Positions 1 to 11,000 of a DNA stretch of 64,000 nt are shown one piece after another (within the stretch, counting starts at the first letter, position 1; each line of letters opens with the position of its first letter). Made by a program: the position numbers and the translations under genes. Origin of the DNA: Hormiphora californensis (taxonomy: Eukaryota; Animalia; Ctenophora). The notes beneath the pieces are model-generated. The model saw only the letters and a list, made by a program, of their open reading frames with translations. It searched no databases and was not told the origin of the DNA. The stretch is taken from NCBI GenBank assembly GCA_020137815.1, contig CM035356.1, forward strand, positions 4,898,001 to 4,962,000. The letters run 5' to 3'.

Positions 1-377
1 TGGTTGAGCAGTTATGGGGGTCGGATATTTTATACCCTACACCTCCGATGTGGATCTGACTTTTCCTGTGGCTTCAACTATGTTAGTATACTATGTATTC
101 GAGTTTAGAGCAAATAAAGGGGATAAAATCGAGCGGAACACGTGATATTGAGTTTAGGATTGAAAAGCAGACGGGTGTTGTCTTGGTAACGTTGTCCGAT
201 TCGGTATGCTGACTCGATCTCACACACATTCCACAAAATTGGAGTAGAAGTCTCTTCCCTACTATTTTCTTCGTGGGCTTGAACCCACGACGATAATTAT
301 GGGTACAATGAACGACTATTTAAATCGATGGCGTCCTCGTTCAATACATCTAAACCACCTAACGATTCCTTTCTCAG

Positions 378-2513
378 GAGCCATGGATAATTCTAACAGG
401 AGGACTTCCCTCCAGTCTCACCACCCTCCACTACTACAAGTACGAGGGGAAGGGAGAGAAATGGCGGGGATTCAAGGAGATTTCAATACCTCTCCGGGAG
501 GGGTTTGACGCTGACACATGCTGGATGTACCCTGACTTCACCTGTGCAGACCGCCGAACATTCCTCTCAGTACTGAGCAACATTGTCTCCGTTAAGATCA
601 AAGGGGGTATCTTCAGGACATCATACGCCATGGCACTTGGTGGGTTTAGGAGAGAGGTGGCACGGCACTCTGGATCTGTTTCGAGGATGGTTGAGGTTTG
701 CAATTGTCCGGCACCCTACACTGGCACTTCCTGCCACCTATGTCGCGAGGGACTGTGGCATAAGAGCGGCTGGGGATGTAAACCGTGCGATTGTAATGGA
801 TACAGCCTGAAATGCGACAGTTTCACTGGCTACTGTTCCGATTGTGCGTATGATACAGCCGGTACCCACTGTTCCGAGTGTGCGAGGGGTTTCTACGGTG
901 TGCCCGATGGTGCCCCTAACCCCTGTAAACCGTGCCCGTGCAATGATCGAGCGGACGCGTGCACCACAACAGAAAGTGGCGGGTTCGGTGAATGTGTTGA
1001 CTGCAAAGATGGGTACACTGGCCGACAGTGTGAGACATGTGCCGATGGTTACTATGGTAACCCAGCCCTCGGTGTTCCATGCCGGGCGTGTGAGTGCAGT
1101 GGAAACATCGACCTCACCGCCCAGGGCAACTGTCATAACGTGACCGGAGAGTGCTTGAGGTGTTTGAACCACACAACGGGTTTCAAATGTGACGAGTGTA
1201 TCCGGGGTTACCATGGTGATGCTACCCGGGGAGCGTGTGTACAGTGTAACTGCAACATGGTTGGGTCCAGGGATAATATTTGTGATCCTCGTAACGGTCA
1301 GTGTAGGTGTAAAGATAATGTGGTGGGGAGATGGTGTGATAGGTGTGAGAAGGAGAACTGGGGATTGTCCAGTGGAGAGGGGTGTCAACCGTGTCAGTGT
1401 GATGTTAGTGGTACCCTTTTCAGGTACGTAACATGCACTATGCAGTTAGTTATAAGAAGGGGTTGGGGTGGCCACCACGTAACATGCAGTTAGTTGTAAT
1501 TTAGGAAGGGGGGGTCAGTGGTACCCTTTTCAGGTACGTAACATGCACAGTTAGTGGTACCCTTTTCAGGTACGTAACATGCAGTTAGTTGTAATTTAGG
1601 AAGGGGGGGGGGTCAGTGGTACCCTTTTCAGGTACGTAACATGTAGTTAGTTGTAATTTAGGAAGGGGGGGGGGGCGGCCACCACTGAATACATGCAGGT
1701 AGTTAGAGTGTAGACTAGTCTGTAGAGGGGAGAGGCGATAGAGAGATGTACAATATACATCGATGTATAGATGTGTGTAGAAATGTGCAGATGTGTAGAT
1801 AACTAATTATTTGGAGGGCTGTCATTACGTATTATATTCTGGGGTAGCTATCTAATAAAACGACATGTTTGCACCATATAGTTGTCTTCAATTCATTGTT
1901 CGTTATATTTCATATTCCTCCTAGGTCACGTGACTGCGACGTGAGAACGGGCCAGTGTGACTGTCGAGCAGATCGGCAATACCGGCGATGTGACGGTTGC
2001 GTGAATGGCTACTACCTCAGATCGGGTGTCTGTGTGGGCTGCCAGTGTCCCGTGTCCCGGAGTTCAAACTATAGCTGCAACGGGGTAACAGGATCTTGTT
2101 ACTGTCTCCCTGCATACACGGGGCCACGGTGTGAAGTAGCGGCGTGTCTCCGGGGCAGTTGGAGCGACTGGGACAGGTGCAGTAAGGGGTGTGGTAATGG
2201 CACCCAGACGAGGACTAGAAGAGTGTTCCTACCTGATGACGAGGTGTTAGCAATGGGTCTACCCGGGGAGGAGTGTGGGAGTATCGAAACAGAGCAGAGA
2301 TCTTGCAACACGGCCCAATGTGAACAGGTAACGGATGGGGGAGAGTGGTGTGGTGTGGTGGAGACTGTCCAACCTCTACACTGGGATGGGTGTAGGACAC
2401 GGAGGAGCACGAGGGTGTTGGAGTGCGGGGGGGGCAAGTGCTCATGGTGTATGAGTTGCATCCCAGCTAACCCAGAGGAACTGTACCGTGGGAAGGGGAT
2501 TGGAAGGTCTTGA
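378..2513 (+). CDS. Laminin-like ECM protein, internal/3' exons: laminin IV(B) domain remnant, tandem laminin-type EGF repeats, TSP1, then a Cys-rich, possibly cystine-knot-like segment
   Basis: Exon 378-1423 (ttctcag|GAG...TTCAG|gtacgt) reads EPWIILTGG...RRTFLSVLSNIVSVKIKG...VEVCNCPAPYTGTSCHLC and LE repeats such as CECSGNID...CLNHTTGFKCDEC. It joins in phase to the exon starting at 1925 (cctag|G) with WSDWDRCSKGCGNGTQTRTR (TSP1). The end of that exon and the 5' exons are not resolved; the ORF stops at 2513. Confidence 0.85.
1409..1650 (+). repeat. Four copies of an exon-end plus 5' splice site motif
   Basis: gtggtacccttttcag|gtacgtaacatg at about 1409, 1518, 1554 and 1617. Confidence 0.85.
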
Positions 2514-3110
2514 TGGCAACAGAAGGGGGTTCTGATAGTTACGGGTTAGCAATGCCGGGAGATGTCGGAGGTAGGAACGAGCAGTATTTTCTGGCAAAAT
2601 ACGTGCCTAATGTTACTAGATAAGGGATTGGGGGAGGGGGGTGGGTGGCGTGGAAGACTTGTCAAACCACTTTGACTGATGACAGGAAACGGGAGTACAT
2701 GTTAGGTGTTAAGTGGGGGCAAGTGTTACAAAGTGTATATGTTTCAAACTTTCCATTGACAAAGGGTTTCAAAGGGCATTGTTGTCACATGGTAGGAGAT
2801 TTGGAAGTTTTGAACACTTTGTAAACAGTGGGTGTCTAAATTTAACAAGGACTATGTAACAATTGCCGGGTAACATGGCGGTTAGGATTGGGTGCAGATT
2901 ATTGGAAAAGCTTACTATTTAGTTACTACCCCCGACTGTACTACAGTAGATGTAGGTGTTACTATGCGACTATAACACGTTACAAAGACATCCTTCAATT
3001 ACACATGAGTGTAAATTATCTCTAACGAATAAGAGGAGACAGAGGGACAAAATATATGGCCGGAATAACGCACACACACACACCTAGCCATCTAGTTTAA
3101 GAATAATAAT

Positions 3111-3305
3111 ATGCGGACATCATGCCGCATTTTAATGCATCCTATGACTGTCAGAGAGAACGGATCTAGACTCTCGAGCGGCCCTCCCCGATGGGGGAAG
3201 AGGAAGCAGTACGCGGACGAGCGAGAATCGGCAGAAAGATTTGACGACGGCCTCTTCCTAGATGTATTTCCGTATAATTTCACTGTTTGCAAGTGTACAA
3301 AGTGA
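3111..3305 (+). CDS. Possible terminal exon of the laminin-like gene, ending ...YNFTVCKCTK*
   Basis: Short GC-richer ORF ending in a CxC motif, as expected for a cystine-knot C-terminus. The splice connection to the upstream exon is not established. Confidence 0.3.
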   Translation: MRTSCRILMHPMTVRENGSRLSSGPPRWGKRKQYADERESAERFDDGLFLDVFPYNFTVCKCTK

Positions 3306-3981
3306 TCTGTGTGCGAGATCATGCAGGTCAGTTATTATGAGGTTATCTGATACTATAAGTTCCCAGCCGAGCACTATAATGGATCTCTATAATATAATGC
3401 ATATCAAAACAAGAAGTTTTCTGATAATAGAAAAAACAAAATAATATTAATATATTTGTTTCCTCTTGTCTCAAAATATATATTTTACACGCTTGATCTT
3501 CCAGAGAAATAATGATGATTTAATATGTACATTAGTATAATATGAGTGTTTTACTTCATGCGTAATTTAACGGAAAAAATGGATTAAAAAGTTTTGAAAT
3601 TGTCAAATTTAAAGAGCAAAAATACTTGAGGTAAGAATTATCACACGGTAAAGCAGTGGAGATAGGATGATAAAATAGGAGGGATAAGAAAATATAATTA
3701 TATATATGCACATTTTATGTAGGTAGGCTCTTTGTTGAAACTTGAGTCGGCACATGTGATGTTTGACTTCCCCATAAAATAACCTTAACGGGATAAAATA
3801 TTCTTTCTTTCTCTCTCTATAACAGCTGTCTCTCTCTCTCTCTCTCCTCTCTCTCCTCTATCTCTCTCTCTCCTTCTCTCTCTTCTCTCTCTCTTCTCCT
3901 CTCTCTCTCTCTCTCTCGTCTCTCTCTCTTCTCTCTCTCTCTCTTCCTCTCTCTCTTCTCTCTCTCTACTTCTCTCTCTCT

Positions 3982-4636
3982 GGGGGGGGGGCCGGCTGAA
4001 GTTTTTGAAGTTTTTTGAAGTCAACCTTCAAAAACTTCAAAGAGAAAACTTAGGGTGGAAAACTTCAAAAACTTCAAAAACTTCAAAAACTCATATCTCC
4101 TAACCGTTGGAGATATGGCCCTATGTTGCTTCATAACTCTTATATAAACTCGAGGCCGCTGATGATTTTGGTGTCCATATTTTTTTCACTACTCCCTTAA
4201 TAAAAAATTTGCAATTGGTGAAACTGTGGAAAGAAAAGGGTGTGGCCCCAAAATTTTTTTTGAAAATTTACTTCATAATTTTTAACACTTTCTTGGCATT
4301 TTCTAGGCATTTTTTTTGAGTTATAGAATGAAAATGATATCTGTTTTTACAAAAAATTTAAATTTTTTACACCAAATTGTGCCATGGATTTCATGGCTAG
4401 GAATCATTGTAAATATCCTAATTTGTGGTAGAAAAAGGGCAGACAAGGACGGATAACTTTGCCACAATATGTATTAAGGATGAAACTAACCTAAACAAGT
4501 GTAATAATAGTCACTGATAGCATATAAAAGTAGTTTAGAGTTTTTGAAGTTTTTTAAGTTTTTGAAGTCAACTTCAAAAACTTCAAAAACTCAAAAAGTA
4601 GGGTGGAAAACTTCAAACTTCAAAAACTTCAGCCGG

Positions 4637-4646
<10 letters not shown>
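3982..4646. mobile_element. Non-autonomous TIR element (MITE) inside a (CT)n microsatellite
   Basis: Termini G(n)CCGGCTGAAGTTTTTGAAG / CTTCAAAAACTTCAGCCGGC(n), subterminal cttcaaaaa repeats, (TC)n on both sides. Confidence 0.8.
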
Positions 4647-4710
<64 letters not shown>

Positions 4711-5033
4711 ACAGCTGTCTCTCTCTAGCTCTCTCTCTCTCTCTCAATAACTCACTCTCTCTTTCTCTCTCTCTCTCTCTCTAGCTCTCTCAATAACGCA
4801 CTCTCTCTCTATTTCTTTCTCTATCCCTCAACCACTAGTCTTCGTTCTGATGTTCTAAATAAAACCACGTTTATTTTCACGTGCTAAATATCGTCCCTAA
4901 TTGTACACCCTTTCCTAACGAATATGAATATAGTGAATACATATACATATATATCGTAACCATAATAATATTTAATTAATAATTAACCGTGCAGCCCATT
5001 AATTGGTTGATTGGTTGGTGGTTCCACTCCTGG

Positions 5034-8000
5034 TTATCCTCTAAAAACGTGTACTGTACGTGAGATGAACTGACGACATATCGGGCAATCCTGAAAGGAA
5101 CGGTTGTTAGAAATAATCTTGGAAGGAGCGGCTATTATTTTGGAAGGGGAATTATAACATGTGAAATACTGGATGTAGGGAAAGAAATATATCTAGAGAG
5201 AGTACTAGAGTCTATTATAGTCTTGTGTAGCTCACATTTTATTTCCCTGTGAGGGTTCATTGTTTAAGTAGACTGTAGAGAAAATCAAAATTGATTCTTA
5301 TATTATCATCCTGAATTGCTCTTACGGCATTCAAAATTCATACCCAACACCACCAGTCTCCCCCACATGCATCACACAAGTCACATGTTCCATTTAATAT
5401 TCATTACAAAATAAAACATAGCCCATTAGCAAGGGACGTCAATCTGAGTGAGAGGAAGAAGAGAGCAAGCGCAGGGACTGAGCAGAGTCGATAACGATGT
5501 TAGTAGCCGTCCGAATGATCCGTTACGCTAGGTCACCGAGTAAGAAAGGGGCGCCTGCTATTGAGAGGATCATGGTCAATGGATGATGCGATTCTATATA
5601 TACATAGTTGGAAGACCGAACGCGCGAGCTGAGAGATGAGTAGTATTGGCAGAATAGTAGGACCCGCGAGAGGGAAGATGTTGCAGGAAAGGTGATACAA
5701 AGGAGAAAGTAGTCGAGGGACAGAAGGCAAGGAGAGAGACGAGGAGAGAGAGGCAATAGCGAGAGAAGAGAGAGAGAGGCAGAGAGGGCAGGTGAGAAAG
5801 AGAGAGCAGAGTTATCTTCAGTTGACTAGGGAGATCGAACGGAGAGAGATGAGAGAGGAGAGAAGAGGATGAAGAGAGAGAGGGAGGAAATGAGGGGACA
5901 GTCGGCAGACGAGAGGAGCTGAGATGTGCCGTGGAAGAGCGTGCAGATTAGCGGCGACTTGGTGGATAAGGAGAAAGCTACGGAAAGATGGTGATGAGCT
6001 ATCGATGTTGACGGTCCAGATAGATGGGAAGGAATTGCTAAACCGACCGCCTGGCAGAAGGAGAGAGACGAGAGTAGTGGTTTGAAGTGATGTCTGTTCG
6101 TTTGTTTTCTCTAGATCCTTCTCCAAAGTGTAATGCACAGCTGCCAAAGAAACCCCTTCCCCCTCAGATTCCCTCACTTCAAATACCTACTCGCGCGTGG
6201 ATGCGCAAGATATGAATTAAACGCCGGTAGTCTTATATTGAGTATCGATTATATAACTTTGAAAACTATACAACATAGTTAAAGCCTTGTTAAGTTCCTT
6301 TCTCTGTTTTCTTAATAAACTGTTCAACTTCACGCCATCTCTCTCTATTGAATACATTACACAATGCCAGTCCTCAACATAGCTCATGTGAAATACGTCG
6401 TTAGCAGGCGAACAGGTGCATATACACCTGGTCTATCCAGATTCAGTGAGAACAGCGATGTATCCTGTCTGCCAGCCGAGCGCAGTATACCCAGATGAAT
6501 GAGAATCAGGGTGTCTCCTGTCTGCAGATTCAGTGAGAATCAGGGTGTCTCCTGTCTGCAGATTCAGTGAGAATCAGGGTGTATCCTGTCTGCAGATTCA
6601 GTGAGAATCAGGGTGTATCCTGTCTGCAGATTCAGTGAGAATCAGGGTGTATCCTGTCTGCAGATTCAGTGAGAATCAGGGTGTCTCCTGTCTGCAGATT
6701 CAGTGAGAATCAGGGTGTATCCTGTCTGCAGATTCAGTGAGAATCAGGGTGTATCCTGTCTGCAGATTCAGTGAGAATCAGGGTGTCTCCTGTCTGCAGA
6801 TTCAGTGAGAATCAGGGTGTCTCCTGTCTGCAGATTCAGTGAGAATCAGGGTGTATCCTGTCTGCAGATTCAGTGAGAATCAGGGTGTATCCTGTCTGCA
6901 GATTCAGTGAGAATCAGGGTGTATCCTGTCTGCAGATTCAGTGAGAATCAGGGTGTATCCTGTCTGCAGATTCAGTGAGAATCAGGGTGTATCCTGTCTG
7001 CAGATTCAGTGAGAATCAGGGTGTCTCCTGTCTGCAGATTCAGTGAGAATCAGGGTGTATCCTGTCTGCAGATTCAGTGAGAATCAGGGTGTATCCTGTC
7101 TGCAGATTCAGTGAGAATCAGGGTGTATCCTGTCTGCAGATTCAGTGAGAATCAGGGTGTCTCCTGTCTGCAGATTCAGTGAGAATCAGGGTGTCTCCTG
7201 TCTGCAGATTCAGTGAGAATCAGGGTGTATCCTGTCTGCAGATTCAGTGAGAATCAGGGTGTATCCTGTCTGCAGATTCAGTGAGAATCAGGGTGTATCC
7301 TGTCTGCAGATTCAGTGAGAATCAGGGTGTCTCCTGTCTGCAGATTCAGTGAGAATCAGGGTGTCTCCTGTCTGCAGATTCAGTGAGAATCAGGGTGTAT
7401 CCTGTCTGCAGATTCAGTGAGAATCAGGGTGTCTCCTGTCTGCAGATTCAGTGAGAATCAGGGTGTATCCTGTCTGCAGATTCAGTGAGAATCAGGGTGT
7501 CTCCTGTCTGCAGATTCAGTGAGAATCAGGGTGTATCCTGTCTGCAGATTCAGTGAGAATCAGGGTGTATCCTGTCTGCAGATTCAGTGAGAATCAGGGT
7601 GTCTCCTGTCTGCAGATTCAGTGAGAATCAGGGTGTCTCCTGTCTGCAGATTCAGTGAGAATCAGGGTGTACTCCTGTCTGCAGATTCAGTGAGAATCAG
7701 GGTGTATCCTGTCTGCAGATTCAGTGAGAATCAGGGTGTATCCTGTCTGCAGATTCAGTGAGAATCAGGGTGTCTCCTGTCTGCAGATTCAGTGAGAATC
7801 AGGGTGTATCCTGTCTGCAGATTCAGTGAGAATCAGGGTGTATCCTGTCTGCAGATTCAGTGAGAATCAGGGTGTATCCTGTCTGCAGATTCAGTGAGAA
7901 TCAGGGTGTCTCCTGTCTGCAGATTCAGTGAGAATCAGGGTGTCTCCTGTCTGCAGATTCAGTGAGAATCAGGGTGTATCCTGTCTGCAGATTCAGTGAG

Positions 8001-11000
8001 AATCAGGGTGTCTCCTGTCTGCAGATTCAGTGAGAATCAGGGTGTCTCCTGTCTGCAGATTCAGTGAGAATCAGGGTGTATCCTGTCTGCAGATTCAGTG
8101 AGAATCAGGGTGTATCCTGTCTGCAGATTCAGTGAGAATCAGGGTGTATCCTGTCTGCAGATTCAGTGAGAATCAGGGTGTCTCCTGTCTGCAGATTCAG
8201 TGAGAATCAGGGTGTCTCCTGTCTGCAGATTCAGTGAGAATCAGAGGTGTTCCTGTCTGCAGATTCAGTTGAGAATCAGGGTGTCTCCTGTCTGCCAGAT
8301 TCAGTGAGAATCAGGGTGTATCCTGTCTGCAGATTCAGTGAGAATCAGGGTGTATCCTGTCTGCAGATTCAGTGAGAATCAGGGTGTATCCTGTCTGCAG
8401 ATTCAGTGAGAATCAGGGTGTCTCCTGTCTGCAGATTCAGTGAGAATCAGGGTGTATCCTGTCTGCAGATTCAGTGAGAATCAGGTGTATCCTGTCTGCA
8501 GATTCAGTGAGAATCAGGGTGTCTCCTGTCTGCAGATTCAGTGAGAATCAGGGTGTATCCTGTCTGCAGATTCAGTGAGAATCAGGGTGTATCCTGTCTG
8601 CAGATTCAGTGAGAATCAGGGTGTATCCTGTCTGCAGATTCAGTGAGAATCAGGGTGTATCCTGTCTGCAGATTCAGTGAGAATCAGGGTGTATCCTGTC
8701 TGCAGATTCAGTGAGAATCAGGGTGTATCCTGTCTGCAGATTCAGTGAGAATCAGGGTGTATCCTGTCTGCAGATTCAGTGAGAATCAGGGTGTCTCCTG
8801 TCTGCAGATTCAGTGAGAATCAGGGTGTATCCTGTCTGCAGATTCAGTGAGAATCAGGGTGTATCCTGTCTGCAGATTCAGTGAGAATCAGGGTGTATCC
8901 TGTCTGCAGATTCAGTGAGAATCAGGGTGTCTCCTGTCTGCAGATTCAGTGAGAATCAGGGTGTCTCCTGTCTGCAGATTCAGTGAGAATCAGGGTGTAT
9001 CCTGTCTGCAGATTCAGTGAGAATCAGGGTGTATCCTGTCTGCAGATTCAGTGAGAATCAGGGTGTATCCTGTCTGCAGATTCAGTGAGAATCAGGGTGT
9101 ATCCTGTCTGCAGATTCAGTGAGAATCAGGGTGTATCCTGTCTGCAGATTCAGTGAGAATCAGGGTGTATCCTGTCTGCAGATTCAGTGAGAATCAGGGT
9201 GTATCCTGTCTGCAGATTCAGTGAGAATCAGGGTGTATCCTGTCTGCAGATTCAGTGAGAATCAGGGTGTATCCTGTCTGCAGATTCAGTGAGAATCAGG
9301 GTGTCTCCTGTCTGCAGATTCAGTGAGAATCAGGGTGTATCCTGTCTGCAGATTCAGTGAGAATCAGAGTGTCTCCTGTCTGCAGATTCAGTGAGAATCA
9401 GGGTGTCTCCTGTCTGCAGATTCAGTGAGAATCAGGGTGTATCCTGTCTGCAGATTCAGTGAGAATCAGGGTGTATCCTGTCTGCAGATTCAGTGAGAAT
9501 CAGGGTGTCTCCTGTCTGCAGATTCAGTGAGAATCAGGGTGTCTCCTGTCTGCAGATTCAGTGAGAATCAGGGTGTATCCTGTCTGCAGATTCAGTGAGA
9601 ATCAGGGTGTATCCTGTCTGCAGATTCAGTGAGAATCAGGGTGTCTCCTGTCTGCAGATTCAGTGAGAATCAGGGTGTATCCTGTCTGCAGATTCAGTGA
9701 GAATCAGGGTGTATCCTGTCTGCAGATTCAGTGAGAATCAGGGTGTATCATGTCTGCAGATTCAGTGAGAATCAGGGTGTCTCCTGTCTGCAGATTCAGT
9801 GAGAATCATTGTGTCTCCTGTCTGCAGATTCAGTGAGAATCAGGGTGTATCCTGTCTGCAGATTCAGTGAGAATCAGGGTGTATCCTGTCTGCAGATTCA
9901 GTGAGAATCAGGGTGTATCCTGTCTGCAGATTCAGTGAGAATCAGGGTGTATCCTGTCTGCAGATTCAGTGAGAATCAGGGTGTATCCTGTCTGCAGATT
10001 CAGTGAGAATCAGGGTGTATCCTGTCTGTAGATTCAATGAGAATCAGGGTGTATCCTGTCTGTAGATTCAGTGAGAATCAGGGTGTATCCTGTCTGCAGA
10101 TTCAGTGAGAATCAGGGTGTCTCCTGTCTGCAGATTCAGTGAGAATCAGGGTGTCTCCTGTCTGCAGATTCAGTGAGAATCAGGGTGTATCCTGTCTGTA
10201 GATTCAGTGAGAATCAGGGTGTATCCTGTCTGCAGATTCAGTGAGCATTAGGGTGTATCCTGTCTGCAGATTCAGTGAGAATCAGGGTGAATCCTGTCTG
10301 TAGATTCAGTGAGAATCAGGGTGAATCCTGTCTGCAGATTCAGTGAGAATCAGGGTGTCTCCTGTCTGCAGATTCAGTGAGAATCAGGGTGTATCCTGTC
10401 TGTAGATTCAGTGAGAATCAGGGTGTATCCTGTCTGCAGATTCAGTGAGAATCAGGGTGTATCCTGTCTGCAGATTCAGTGAGAATCAGGGTGTATCCTG
10501 TCTGCAGATTCAGTGAGAATCAGGGTGTATCCTGTCTGCAGATTCAGTGAGAATCAGGGTGTATCCTGTCTGCAGATTCAGTGAGAATCAGGGTGTATCC
10601 TGTCTGCAGATTCAGTGAGAATCAGGGTGTATCCTGTCTGCAGATTCAGTGAGAATCAGGGTGTATCCTGTCTGCAGATTCAGTGAGAATCAGGGTGTAT
10701 CCTGTCTGCAGATTCAGTGAGAATCAGGGTGTATCCTGTCTGCAGATTCAGTGAGAATCAGGGTGTATCCTGTCTGCAGATTCAGTGAGAATCAGGGTGT
10801 ATCCTGTCTGCAGATTCAGTGAGAATCAGGGTGTATCCTGTCTGTAGATTCATCCAGGAAACACACGCAATATATTGTTCCAAACCCCAAATATATTGGC
10901 TGATTTGTTATTGGGCCAATATATTACATCTCTGAGACACCAATGTCTATTATAATACTCTACTAACATTCTTCTTATTCTCCACCCCTCCCACCCCAAA

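Noticed and set aside
5400-6180. Purine-rich segment as an LTR or LINE 5' end
   Set aside because: No TG...CA pair, PBS or coding remnant could be confirmed.
6504-10852. CRISPR-like array or hammerhead ribozyme satellite
   Set aside because: There are no unique spacers, no cas genes and the context is eukaryotic. The hammerhead core CUGANGA...GAAA is not present on either strand.
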